Source: Rhodanobacteraceae bacterium
Lineage (GTDB): Bacteria; Pseudomonadota; Gammaproteobacteria; Xanthomonadales; Rhodanobacteraceae
Assembly (NCBI GenBank): GCA_035572335.1
Contig: DATNAW010000014.1
Span: forward strand, 1 to 51,427
DNA length: 51,427 nt
Direction of reading: 5' to 3'
The translations under genes and the position numbers were made by a program. The number at the start of each line of letters is the position of its first letter. The stretch's first letter is position 1. Under the pieces are notes generated by a model that saw only the letters and a list, made by a program, of their open reading frames with translations, was not told the origin of the DNA and searched no databases. Positions 33,331 to 42,555 of this stretch are shown here, piece after piece.

Positions 33331-35796
33331 TCAGCGTTTGTCCTTCACGTACTGCGTGAACAGTTCGTGGATGCGGCGGTATTCGTCGTACCAGTCGTCG
33401 GCGTGTTCGAACGCGTGGCGTTCCATCGGATACAGCGACATCCAGAAGTTGTTCTTGTGCAGTTCGATGAAGCGCTGGTACAGGCGGATCGAATCGCCGG
33501 GCATCACGTTGTTGTCGATGAGCCCGTGCATGATCAGCAGTGGATCCTGCAGGTTCTTCGCGTATTCGATCGGCGATGAAACCTTGTACGCCTCGGGATC
33601 GAGCTGCGGCGTGTTGAGGATGTCCGAGGTGTAGCCGTCGTTGTAGCTGGTCCAGTCCGACGGCGGACGCAACGCCGCGCCCGCGGCGAATTCGCCCGGC
33701 GCGCGCAGAAGCGCCATCTCGGTCATGAAGCCGCCGTAGGAACCGCCGTACACGCCGACGCGCTGCGGATCGACGTGGTGGTTCTTCACCAGCCACGCTT
33801 TGCCGTCCAGCAGGTCTTCCAGTTCCGGATGACCCATGTGCCGATAGATCGCGTCGCGCCAGTCGCGGCCGTAACCGGCCGAGCCGCGGTAATCCATGTC
33901 CAGCACCACGTAGCCTTCCTGCGTCAGCAGGTTGTTGAACATCTGCTCGCGGAAGTAATACGACCAGTTCTTCTCGACATCCTGCAGGTAGCCCGCGCCG
34001 TGCACGAAGAACACCGCCGGATGCGTGTGCGAGGTGTCGTAATCAGTTGGCTGGTAATACTTGGCCCACACGCCGAAGTGGCCGTGGCTCGACGGCACCT
34101 TCACGAACTGCGGCTGCACCCAGGTGGACGACAGCGCCTTGTATTCCGGCGTGCGCGTGTCGGTGAGCTCGTGCACACCGCTGCCGTCGATGTTCACCAC
34201 CGCCAATTGTGGCGGCACGTAAGCGCTCGAATGCAGCACCGCGAGCTTCGACCCATCGGGCGAGAGCACGAAGTCGTCCATGCCTTCGAAGTGCGTCACC
34301 TGTTCCAGTGCGCCGCCCGCGACCGGCACGCGATAGACGTCGTAGTCATACGGTGCCTGCTTGTTGGAGCGCACATAGAACCACTTGCCGTCGGGCGACA
34401 CCACGGGCGTCGAGACCTCGAAGCCCGTCGCGGTCAGCGCGCGCGCCTTGCCGTCCAGCGGCTTCACGAACAGCTGCGCGTAACCGGAGGCTTCCGATGC
34501 GAACCACAGCGTGCGGTTGTCGGGCAGCCAGCCCAGCGCGTTGAAGCTCCAGTTGATCCACGCCGGATCGGTGAGGCGATCCTGCGTTACCAGCGTGTGG
34601 CCTTTGAGGTCCACCGATTCGATCCAGCGATCCTTGTGGTCGTTGGCGACCAGTTCCACCGCGAGCTGGCTGCCATCCGCGCTCCACACGATCGCTGGAA
34701 AACCCGATTCGCCGACCGCGACGAAGTTGATCGACACCGGCCGCGTCTTCGGCGCGGCCAGTGCGGCGGCTTCGTCCTCGTGGCCTTCCTGCTTCAACTG
34801 CGCGATGCGTTTCGCGCGCAGTTCGTGCAACGGATCGTCGTGGATGCCGGGCAGGCCGTCCACCGACAACGGATGTTGCCTGTGCGCCTGCAGGTCCAGC
34901 AGCAGCAGCGATTGCGGCGCCGGATTGTTGTGGCCGGCGTAGGTGCGCGCGTCCTCGGTTTCGGGATAGCCGGAATCGTTGACGTAATGCACCACCACCG
35001 GATGCTTGCCGCGTTGGTACGACTTCGGCACCGTCACCACCAGCAGCCAGCGCGCGTTCGGCGACAGCGAAGTCATCACCACGTGCACCTTGTCACCAAA
35101 ATAGAACGGTGCCGCGGCGCGCGCAGGATTTTCCGCGTCCAGCTTGTCGTCGTGTTCGCGCACCGCGTCCTTGTCGGCCTTTTCGGCGCGCAGCGTCGAG
35201 AACAGGCTCAGCTGGAGGCGCTCCATCTGGTCGGGCTTGGCGTCGGTGGGGTTGTCTTCCATCTTCAACGTCGCGGCCGGCGCCACCACGCCCGTCGAGG
35301 CATTCCACACGAACCATTCGTTGCCCTGGCTCCAGCTGACGAGCTGGCCGTCGGCGGAAATCTGCAGGCCGAACTTGTCGGCGTCGTCGCGCGTGATCTG
35401 GCGCGTCGTGCCGCTGGCGACGTCGCGCACCAACACGTCGCCGTGGCGGATGTACGCCGCGCGGTCGTGCGCGCGGTCGAACATCGGAGGACCGTCGGCG
35501 GTGGCCAATTCGGTGCCGCTCAACTTGACCGGCGTGCCACCGTCGGCAGGAACGCGGTACAGATCCTCGATCGACGAACCCTTGCGCTTCAGCTTGAAGT
35601 AAACGCTGCGGCCATCGACGCTCCAGTATTCGTCTTCGACCGGCGGCCCGATCCAGTCGGGATCGGCCATGATCTGTTCGAGCGTGAGTTTCTGCGCCGC
35701 GTTCGCGGGGGCGGCGGCCGCCGTGTCCTGCGGCGCGGCACAAGTGCCCGCACTCACCAGAAGACAAGCCAGGCCGGCAACGGCGATGCGATTCAT
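33331..35796 (-). CDS. S9-family serine peptidase, dipeptidyl-peptidase-IV-like (S9B-type), secreted
   Basis: GVYGGSYGGFMTEMAL nucleophile, MHGLIDNNV (Asp) and YPMERHAF (His). Signal peptide MNRIAVAGLACLLVSAGTCAA from ATG 35796. Long N-terminal propeller region. Confidence 0.85.
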   Translation of the reverse strand: MNRIAVAGLACLLVSAGTCAAPQDTAAAAPANAAQKLTLEQIMADPDWIGPPVEDEYWSVDGRSVYFKLKRKGSSIEDLYRVPADGGTPVKLSGTELATADGPPMFDRAHDRAAYIRHGDVLVRDVASGTTRQITRDDADKFGLQISADGQLVSWSQGNEWFVWNASTGVVAPAATLKMEDNPTDAKPDQMERLQLSLFSTLRAEKADKDAVREHDDKLDAENPARAAAPFYFGDKVHVVMTSLSPNARWLLVVTVPKSYQRGKHPVVVHYVNDSGYPETEDARTYAGHNNPAPQSLLLLDLQAHRQHPLSVDGLPGIHDDPLHELRAKRIAQLKQEGHEDEAAALAAPKTRPVSINFVAVGESGFPAIVWSADGSQLAVELVANDHKDRWIESVDLKGHTLVTQDRLTDPAWINWSFNALGWLPDNRTLWFASEASGYAQLFVKPLDGKARALTATGFEVSTPVVSPDGKWFYVRSNKQAPYDYDVYRVPVAGGALEQVTHFEGMDDFVLSPDGSKLAVLHSSAYVPPQLAVVNIDGSGVHELTDTRTPEYKALSSTWVQPQFVKVPSSHGHFGVWAKYYQPTDYDTSHTHPAVFFVHGAGYLQDVEKNWSYYFREQMFNNLLTQEGYVVLDMDYRGSAGYGRDWRDAIYRHMGHPELEDLLDGKAWLVKNHHVDPQRVGVYGGSYGGFMTEMALLRAPGEFAAGAALRPPSDWTSYNDGYTSDILNTPQLDPEAYKVSSPIEYAKNLQDPLLIMHGLIDNNVMPGDSIRLYQRFIELHKNNFWMSLYPMERHAFEHADDWYDEYRRIHELFTQYVKDKR

Positions 35797-35946
35797 GGAG
35801 TGATCCCCGGGACAAAGGAACGCAGCGTAGCCACACGCGATTCGCACGCGCAAGCGCCGAAAGTCCCGAGCACCGCGCGCCGATCGCGTGGCGCCACGCG
35901 CGCGCCGGCGCTACCCTGCCGGCATTCCCCGCCGCCGGAGCCTGCC

Positions 35947-38133
35947 ATGCGCCGCATAGTCTTCTTCGCCGCTCTCGGTCTCCTGCCCGGGCTTGCATGC
36001 GCGCAGGCCACGCCCGGCACTGGCGCCGGCCTCGACCAGTCGCTGATCGACACCCGCCACGAGATGCCCGCAATGCCACCGTCGACCATACAACACGACG
36101 TCACCGAAACCTTCTTCGGCATGACGGTGCACGATCCGTATCGCTGGCTGGAAGACGCCGACGCGCCCGCGGTGAAGCAATGGATCACGGCGCAGAACGC
36201 GTACACCGAAAAGGTGATGGATGGTTTCGCCGGCGCCAAGGCCATCGCCAAGCGCGTGGGCGAACTCGCGTTGACCTCGACACAGCAGTTCGATCCGGAA
36301 ATCGTCGGCGGCACCTTGTTCTACATGCGCCAGACGCCACCGCAACCGCAGGCCGTGTTGGTGGCGCAAGCGTGGCCGAGCGGCAAGGCGCGCGTGCTGG
36401 TCGATCCGAATGCTGCGCAGGGCAGCACCGCGATCACCGGCTACTGGCCGTCGCCCGACGGGCAGTACGTCGCCTATGGCACCGCTGAAGGCGGCAATGA
36501 GGAAACCACGATCCGCTTCATCGATGTCGCCACCGGCAAGACGCTGCCCGACGCATTGCCGCACGCGGGCGGCGGCACCACGCCGCAGGCGCTGGTGTGG
36601 GACGCCGACGGCAAGGGCGTTACGTATGTGCGTTTGCCTTCTGGCGTACCGGCCGATCAATCGCAATTCAACGCGGCGCTGTACCACCACGCGCTCGGCA
36701 GCGATGCGAACGGTGATGCGCTGGAATTCGGCAAGGGCTGGTCGAAAGTCGCGGAGTACACGCTGCTCGGTTCCGCGAACGGCGAACATGCCGCCGCGCT
36801 GGTGCACGCGGGCGACGGCGACCCCGATGTCGTTTACCTGCGTTCCGGCAAGGGGCCGTGGAAGCAGGCGCTGGGCACCGAAGCGAACGTGCGCGCGGCG
36901 TGGGAAGTGAACCAGGGCGCTGCGTGGGGCGGCAATCGCCTGCTGGTGATCGCATATCAAAACGCACCGCGCGGCAAATTGCTGGCGCTGGATGCAAACG
37001 GCAAATCGACCTTGCTGGTGCCGCAGAGCGAATGGGCGATGCATTCGGTCGCGCCCATCAAGGGTGGATTCCTGATCACCGAAGTGCGCGGACCTGATTG
37101 GCGCGTGCAGCAGTACTCGAACGATGGCAAGTTCGTGCGCACCGTGGCCCTGCCGAAAACCGGTATCGGTATCGGCACGATCGCCAGCAGCGCGGATTCC
37201 GCGCGCGCGTTGATCACGTACGCGGGCTGGACGATTCCGTCGCGCTGGGCGGAATACGACGGCGCGAGCGGCGCGTTGAAGACCGTGTTCGAAGTGAAGT
37301 CCGCGGCCGACTATTCGAAGATAGTGACCTACCGGCTGGATGCGACCTCGAAGGACGGCACCAAGGTTCCCGTCACCGTCATCGCGATGAAAGGCGTGAC
37401 GCCGAACGGTGCGCGTCCGACGATCCTGTACGGCTACGGCGGCTTCGGCATCACCACCGCGCCGCGCTTTCTCGGTTCCAACCTCGCGTGGCTGGAACGC
37501 GGCGGCGTGTACGCGGTCGCCAACATCCGCGGCGGCGGCGAGTACGGCGAAGGCTGGCACGCCGACGGCATGCTGTCGAAGAAACAAAACGTGTTCGATG
37601 ACTTCTACGCTGCGGCTCGGGCGCTGGTGCAACAGCATTGGACCGACAGCGCACATCTCGGCATCCTCGGCGGCTCCAACGGCGGCCTGCTGATGGGCGC
37701 CGCGCTGACGCAACATCCGTCGCAATACCGCGCGGTGGTGTCGCTGGTCGGCATCTACGACATGCTGCGCGCGGAGCTGTGGCCGAACGGCCAGTACAAC
37801 ATTTCGGAATATGGCACGGTGACCAAGCAGCCCGACTTCGCATGGCTGCGCGCGTATTCACCGCTGCAGAATGTCAAGCCGGATACCGCGTATCCCGCGG
37901 TACTGCTGATCACCGGCGTCAACGATCCGCGCGTCGCGCCGTGGCAGTCGCGCAAGTTCGCGGCGGCGCTGCAGGCCGCGACCACGTCGAAGGAACCGGT
38001 GCTGCTGCTGACGCGCATGAACGAAGGCCACGGCGTCACCGCGTCCTTCAGCCAGCGCGTCGGCAATGCGGCGGCGGCGATGGCGTTCTTCGCGCAGGAA
38101 CTGGGGCTGCCGTCGCAGGGGGCGGCAAAGTGA
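35947..38133 (+). CDS. Prolyl oligopeptidase (S9A prolyl endopeptidase), secreted/periplasmic
   Basis: ATG 35947 gives the signal MRRIVFFAALGLLPGLACAQA. Hallmark VHDPYRWLED near the N-terminus. GILGGSNGGLLMGAAL nucleophile, TGVNDPRV (Asp), RMNEGHGV (His). The first 2.1 kb of the 1452-aa ORF-track entry is antisense read-through of the previous gene. Confidence 0.9.
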   Translation: MRRIVFFAALGLLPGLACAQATPGTGAGLDQSLIDTRHEMPAMPPSTIQHDVTETFFGMTVHDPYRWLEDADAPAVKQWITAQNAYTEKVMDGFAGAKAIAKRVGELALTSTQQFDPEIVGGTLFYMRQTPPQPQAVLVAQAWPSGKARVLVDPNAAQGSTAITGYWPSPDGQYVAYGTAEGGNEETTIRFIDVATGKTLPDALPHAGGGTTPQALVWDADGKGVTYVRLPSGVPADQSQFNAALYHHALGSDANGDALEFGKGWSKVAEYTLLGSANGEHAAALVHAGDGDPDVVYLRSGKGPWKQALGTEANVRAAWEVNQGAAWGGNRLLVIAYQNAPRGKLLALDANGKSTLLVPQSEWAMHSVAPIKGGFLITEVRGPDWRVQQYSNDGKFVRTVALPKTGIGIGTIASSADSARALITYAGWTIPSRWAEYDGASGALKTVFEVKSAADYSKIVTYRLDATSKDGTKVPVTVIAMKGVTPNGARPTILYGYGGFGITTAPRFLGSNLAWLERGGVYAVANIRGGGEYGEGWHADGMLSKKQNVFDDFYAAARALVQQHWTDSAHLGILGGSNGGLLMGAALTQHPSQYRAVVSLVGIYDMLRAELWPNGQYNISEYGTVTKQPDFAWLRAYSPLQNVKPDTAYPAVLLITGVNDPRVAPWQSRKFAAALQAATTSKEPVLLLTRMNEGHGVTASFSQRVGNAAAAMAFFAQELGLPSQGAAK

Positions 38134-38798
38134 CGATCGAGTGCGTGGAATTCCAGACCGCGTCCAACCCGCGTCACGCGGTGATCTGGCTGCACGGCCT
38201 CGGCGCCGACGGCCACGACTTCGAACCCATCGTGCCGCAACTGGTGCGGCTGGAATGGCCGGCGCTGCGTTTCGTCTTTCCGCACGCGCCGGTGCGGCCG
38301 ATCTCGCTCAACGGCGGCCTGCCGATGCGCGCGTGGTACGACATCGGTGGTTTTGATTTGTCGCAGAAGCAGGACGAGGCCGGCATCCGCATGTCGATCA
38401 CCGCGGTCGACTCATTGATCGCACGCGAAGTGGAACGTGGCGTGCCGAACGCAAACATCGTGCTGACCGGATTTTCGCAGGGCGGCGCGATCGCGCTGGC
38501 GGCCGGTTTGCGGCATGCGAACAAACTCGCCGCGATTGTCGCGCTGTCCACGTATCTGCCGATCGCCGAAGTGACCGCGGGCGAACGCAACGCCTCGAAT
38601 GCCGCCACACCGATCTTCATGGGCCATGGCGCATTCGATCCCGTCGTGCCGCGTTACCTCGGCGAACGTTCGCGCGACCAGCTGCGCGATTGGGGCTACC
38701 ACGTCGACTGGCACAGCTACCCGATGGCTCACCAGGTTTGCCCGCAGGAGATCGCGGATCTCGCGGATTTCCTGACGGGTTGCCTGAGGCAGGTCTGA
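38130..38798 (+). CDS. Carboxylesterase/phospholipase-family alpha/beta hydrolase (Abhydrolase_2 type)
   Basis: GTG 38130 overlaps the upstream TGA (GTGA). AVIWLHGLGADGHDF, GFSQGGAIAL nucleophile, MGHGAFDPVV (Asp), YPMAHQV (His). Confidence 0.8.
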   Translation: MTIECVEFQTASNPRHAVIWLHGLGADGHDFEPIVPQLVRLEWPALRFVFPHAPVRPISLNGGLPMRAWYDIGGFDLSQKQDEAGIRMSITAVDSLIAREVERGVPNANIVLTGFSQGGAIALAAGLRHANKLAAIVALSTYLPIAEVTAGERNASNAATPIFMGHGAFDPVVPRYLGERSRDQLRDWGYHVDWHSYPMAHQVCPQEIADLADFLTGCLRQV

Positions 38799-38817
38799 AG
38801 CGTCCATACTGGCCACC

Positions 38818-39852
38818 ATGGCGGAAACCACCGGACCACGCAAACCCGACGCCGCCGTGCTGCCGGATTTCTGCAGCGCGGCGTCCGTCTTCACGCTGGT
38901 CGTGGTCGCCGAACTGGTGGTGGTGATCGACGCGCTGGCGCCGGATGCGCGGATGCAGTGGCGCGGGTTCGCGACCGCGACGGTGTTCGTGGTGTGGCTG
39001 GCGTTGCTGGCGTCGTTGTTGCTGTGCCGGCTGAAGCCGATGTTGATCCGCTGGCCGCGTACGTTGGCGTGGCCGCTCGCGTGGGGTGCATTGATCGCTC
39101 TGGTTGCGTTGGCAAGTGCGGTGGTGGCGTGGCTGGATCATGCGCTCGGCACGGCGTTGACGCCGACGTCGGGCACGCGTTTCGTCATCGGCAACACGGT
39201 GCTTGCCGCGCTGCTGGGTGCGGCGTTGCTGCGCTATTTCTACGTGCTCGCCGAATGGCGCGCGCGGCTGGCGGCGGTGGCGCGCGCGCAGTTCGAAGCG
39301 CTGCAGGCACGCATCCGCCCGCACTTTTTGTACAACAGCATGAACACGGTCGCGGCGCTGGTGCGGGTCGATCCGGACGCGGCCGAGCGCACGGTCGAGG
39401 ATCTTTCCGAGCTGTTCCGTGCTTCGCTCGGCGCGGGCGACAAGCCCAGCACGCTGGGCGCCGAACTCGGCTTGATCGACCGTTATCTCGCGATCGAGCA
39501 ACTGCGTCTCGGCGATCGCCTGAAAGTGGAACGCGACTTGGCCGGTCTGCCCGCCGACATGGAAATCCCCGCGCTGTTGTTGCAGCCGCTGGTCGAGAAC
39601 GCGGTCTACCACGGCATCCAGCCGCGCCGCGATGGCGGTACCTTGCGCATCGCCGGTCGTCGCGCTGGCGACAGCGTCGAAATCGAAGTCGCCAATCCGT
39701 TGCCCGACACCTCGGCACCGGCGCGCAGCGGGCATGGACTCGAGAACGTGCGCCGCCGCATCGCCTACCACTTCGGTGAACGCGGTGTGCTGGAAACCCG
39801 CAACCGGGAGGGCGAGTTTCGGGTATTGGTGAGGCTGCCGTGCGCATCCTGA
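38818..39852 (+). CDS. LytS/AlgZ(FimS)-type sensor histidine kinase
   Basis: Four to five N-terminal TM segments, the His_kinase motif RIRPHFLYNSMNTVAALV, and an ATPase region with GHGLENVRRRI. Confidence 0.8.
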   Translation: MAETTGPRKPDAAVLPDFCSAASVFTLVVVAELVVVIDALAPDARMQWRGFATATVFVVWLALLASLLLCRLKPMLIRWPRTLAWPLAWGALIALVALASAVVAWLDHALGTALTPTSGTRFVIGNTVLAALLGAALLRYFYVLAEWRARLAAVARAQFEALQARIRPHFLYNSMNTVAALVRVDPDAAERTVEDLSELFRASLGAGDKPSTLGAELGLIDRYLAIEQLRLGDRLKVERDLAGLPADMEIPALLLQPLVENAVYHGIQPRRDGGTLRIAGRRAGDSVEIEVANPLPDTSAPARSGHGLENVRRRIAYHFGERGVLETRNREGEFRVLVRLPCAS

Positions 39853-40550
39853 TCGCCGACGACGAGCCCCTTGCGCGTGCGCGGCTCGCCGCGTTGCTGC
39901 GCGATTGCGAAGGCGCCGAGGTCGTCGCCAGCGTCGGCGACGGCGAGGCGGCACTGGTGGCTTGCGCGCAGCACAAACCCGAACTGTTGCTGCTGGACAT
40001 CGCCATGCCCGGCCTTGACGGCATCGGCGTGGCGCGCCGGCTTGCGGCGCTGCCCGATCCGCCGCAACTGGTGTTCTGCACGGCTTACGAAAAACACGCG
40101 CTGGCCGCGTATGAATTGCGCGTGGCCGATTATCTGTTGAAACCGGTGCGGATCGAACGGCTGCGCGAAGCGCTCGCGCGTGCGCAGGCGCTGCGACGCC
40201 GCGCACCGTCCGCGGCCGCTACCTTGCTGGCGCAGGTGCATGGCGCGCCGCTCAAGGTGTCGCTCGACGAAATCCTGTACCTGACCGCCGACGACAAGTA
40301 CGTCACGCTGCATCGCGCCGCGGGCGACCTGTTGAGCGAACAATCGCTGAAGGCGATCGAAGAAGCGTTCCCGGATCGCTTTGTGCGCGTGCATCGCGCC
40401 TGCCTGATCCCGCTCGAACGCCTGCTCGGCCTGCATCGCGATCCCGACGGCACCGTGCGCGCGCTGATCGCGGGCAGCGACGCGAACCCCGAAGTCAGTC
40501 GTCGCAATCTGCCGGCGGTGCGTCGATTGCTGCGCGGCGGGCGGGACTGA
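39840..40550 (+). CDS. LytTR-family response regulator (AlgR-like)
   Basis: GTG 39840 overlaps the kinase gene by 13 nt. Receiver domain RILIADDEPLAR...LLLLDIAMPGLDG. C-terminal LytTR domain (ILYLTADDKYVTLH...RVHRACLI). Confidence 0.85.
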   Translation: MRILIADDEPLARARLAALLRDCEGAEVVASVGDGEAALVACAQHKPELLLLDIAMPGLDGIGVARRLAALPDPPQLVFCTAYEKHALAAYELRVADYLLKPVRIERLREALARAQALRRRAPSAAATLLAQVHGAPLKVSLDEILYLTADDKYVTLHRAAGDLLSEQSLKAIEEAFPDRFVRVHRACLIPLERLLGLHRDPDGTVRALIAGSDANPEVSRRNLPAVRRLLRGGRD

Positions 40551-40559
40551 CGCGCGCCG

Positions 40560-40593
40560 GTTGACACGTTCGTTTGCGCACGGCTAGCGTGCG
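40560..40593 (+). promoter_or_regulatory. Possible sigma70-like promoter overlapping a GC hairpin, upstream of the lipoprotein gene
   Basis: TTGACA (40560-40565), an 18-nt spacer, then TAGCGT (40584-40589). The hairpin GCGCACG-gctag-CGTGCGC (40575-40593) starts 25 nt after the response-regulator stop and has no U-tract. Confidence 0.25.
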
Positions 40594-40635
40594 CGAGCCG
40601 GTGCCGGCAGGGCGGCACAACCATCGGGGGAAGGC

Positions 40636-41544
40636 ATGCAGTCGTGGATACGGATCGTCGCCGTGCTGGCGGCGTGCATCGGGTTGGCTGCCTGCCAGCG
40701 CACGCCTGACCTGAGCAAACTGGGTTCGCCCGCGCAACGGTTGGTCGGACACTGGGCGACCAGCGACGGCAACGAGGAATTCTTCGCGCCGGTGGATGCT
40801 TCGGGCAAGGGCGAATTCACCGCGATGCAGTCGGGCGGCAAGCCGTCACGGCAACGCTATCGGGTGCTCGACGAAGAACCGGCCACGCAGACCGTCCGCA
40901 TCGCCATGCTCGATGGGAACGGCAAGGAAGGTGACCCGCGCACGATCATGCTTGCCGAAGACGGCGAATCCGCCACGGTCACGCAGGGCAATTCGTCGGT
41001 CGCACTGGCGCTCGCGCGCATGGACGATGCCGCGACGCCGGAACAATCCGCTTACGTATTGCCGCCGCCGTCGGCCAGCACCGCAACGCCGCGCAACGCG
41101 CGCTACGCCGAAACGCGCGGCGACCGCCCGCCGGTCAATCCGTCGTTCGGGCCGCCGGCGAATGCGCCGGACGGCGTGTACCGTTACGTGCTGATCGGCT
41201 ACGACGGCATGACGCCGTTGTACGCGTGGAAGCGCGTATCGGATGTGTCGGGCCAACACATCGACGACAACGCCGTCGCGTATTCGCGCGGCATGGCGCG
41301 CCGGCACAACTACGTGATCTGGCTGAACGCGGTGGCGTTCGCGCTCATGCTGGTCACGACGTTGCTGTTCCGCAAGAACATCGACGAGAAAGTCCTGCTG
41401 GGCAGTTGGGTGATCGCGATCGCGATCGGCCTGCTCGGCGTGTTCGTGTTCAACATGCCGATCATCGCCGGGCTCGTGGAAATCGCCATCGCATTCGTGC
41501 TCGTGGTGCGCGGGCTGTTCCCGAAATCCGACATGCTCGCGTAG
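40636..41544 (+). CDS. Hypothetical lipoprotein with C-terminal transmembrane helices
   Basis: Lipobox in MQSWIRIVAVLAACIGLAACQ. Pro/Ala-rich linker. Two to three C-terminal TM helices (NYVIWLNAVAFALMLVTTLLF, VLLGSWVIAIAIGLLGVFVF, IIAGLVEIAIAFVLVV). GGGGGAAGG lies upstream of the ATG. Confidence 0.55.
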   Translation: MQSWIRIVAVLAACIGLAACQRTPDLSKLGSPAQRLVGHWATSDGNEEFFAPVDASGKGEFTAMQSGGKPSRQRYRVLDEEPATQTVRIAMLDGNGKEGDPRTIMLAEDGESATVTQGNSSVALALARMDDAATPEQSAYVLPPPSASTATPRNARYAETRGDRPPVNPSFGPPANAPDGVYRYVLIGYDGMTPLYAWKRVSDVSGQHIDDNAVAYSRGMARRHNYVIWLNAVAFALMLVTTLLFRKNIDEKVLLGSWVIAIAIGLLGVFVFNMPIIAGLVEIAIAFVLVVRGLFPKSDMLA

Positions 41545-41565
41545 CGCCAACTCGCAACCCGCGTT

Positions 41566-42552
41566 TCAGGGAAGCAAGACGAAGTGCGTGATCGATTGCG
41601 CCACTTCGCGCGGCTTTTCCATGATCGACATGTGTCCGCAATCCGTCAATTCGGTGACGCCGATGTTGGGCGCATGGGTGAGGCCCTTGCGGATCGCATC
41701 CAGCGCGGACACGTCGATGATCCGGTCCCTGGTGCACCAGATCGCCAGCGTCGGCGCGGTGATGTCCGGCAGTTTCGCTTGCAGCGCGTTGCGCTCGTCC
41801 GGCGCGGCGATCCCGCGCAGCACCTTGTCGTCGAAGGCGCGCTCACCCTTCGACTTGTCAACGAACACATCCTGGATGCGCGCGGGCACCGGCGGCGGAT
41901 GCGCGAACAGCAGCGATTCGAGATGCTGGAATTGCGCGCGGTCGTCGATGTCGAACGGGCTCTTGCCGGATTTCAGTTCGCGCACGAACGCGTTTTCCTT
42001 GAACGGCACGCCAGCACTGTCGACCAATACCAGCGCGGCGACGTCCTTCGGATGGTCCGCCGCGTACAGGCCTGCGATCGCGCCGCCCATCGAATGCCCG
42101 GCAATCGCGATCTCGCCGAGGTGCAGCGCATTGACGAAGCCATGCAGGCGATCGACCTGCGCGGGATAGCCGTAGTCGGCGTTCGACAAGCGCGTCGAGG
42201 CACCCCAGCCGGGCAGATCCGGAATGATCAAGTGGAAGTTTCCGGTGAGGTACTTCGCGGCCAGCAGCCAATCGGCGTAGCTGCCGCCGTAACCGTGCAG
42301 CAGCACCAGCGGCGGCCCGTTTTGCTTGCCGCCTTCGAGATACACCCAGCGCGTGTCGCCGACCTGCACCGATTGCTGGTGCAGGCCATCGCGCCACGCC
42401 TGCCACGCGATCGCGCCGCGCAGCAACCATTGCGGCGCGATGAAATACACGCCAAGGCCGATCACCGCCAGCGCGATGACGATGGCGCCGAGGATCTTCA
42501 GACGCCATGCGAGCCGCGCCAACAGCACGTCGCGAGTTGGGTTGTTCGACAT
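41566..42552 (-). CDS. Membrane-anchored alpha/beta hydrolase
   Basis: N-terminal TM LKILGAIVIALAVIGLGVYFIA. HGYGG oxyanion region, IAGHSMGGAIAG nucleophile, WCTRDRIID (Asp), DCGHMSIME (His). It starts 3 nt after the M1 peptidase stop. Confidence 0.8.
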   Translation of the reverse strand: MSNNPTRDVLLARLAWRLKILGAIVIALAVIGLGVYFIAPQWLLRGAIAWQAWRDGLHQQSVQVGDTRWVYLEGGKQNGPPLVLLHGYGGSYADWLLAAKYLTGNFHLIIPDLPGWGASTRLSNADYGYPAQVDRLHGFVNALHLGEIAIAGHSMGGAIAGLYAADHPKDVAALVLVDSAGVPFKENAFVRELKSGKSPFDIDDRAQFQHLESLLFAHPPPVPARIQDVFVDKSKGERAFDDKVLRGIAAPDERNALQAKLPDITAPTLAIWCTRDRIIDVSALDAIRKGLTHAPNIGVTELTDCGHMSIMEKPREVAQSITHFVLLP

Positions 42553-42555
42553 CGA

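Noticed and set aside
31887-33359. 490-aa ORF in an alternative frame over wza
   Set aside because: The Poly_export motif and lipobox lie in the 32053/32110 frame. This frame gives an Arg/Gly-rich sequence.
33775-35946. N-terminal 720 aa of the 1452-aa plus-strand ORF
   Set aside because: This part is antisense to the S9 DPP-like gene, which has catalytic-triad motifs. The real prolyl oligopeptidase begins at ATG 35947 with a signal peptide.
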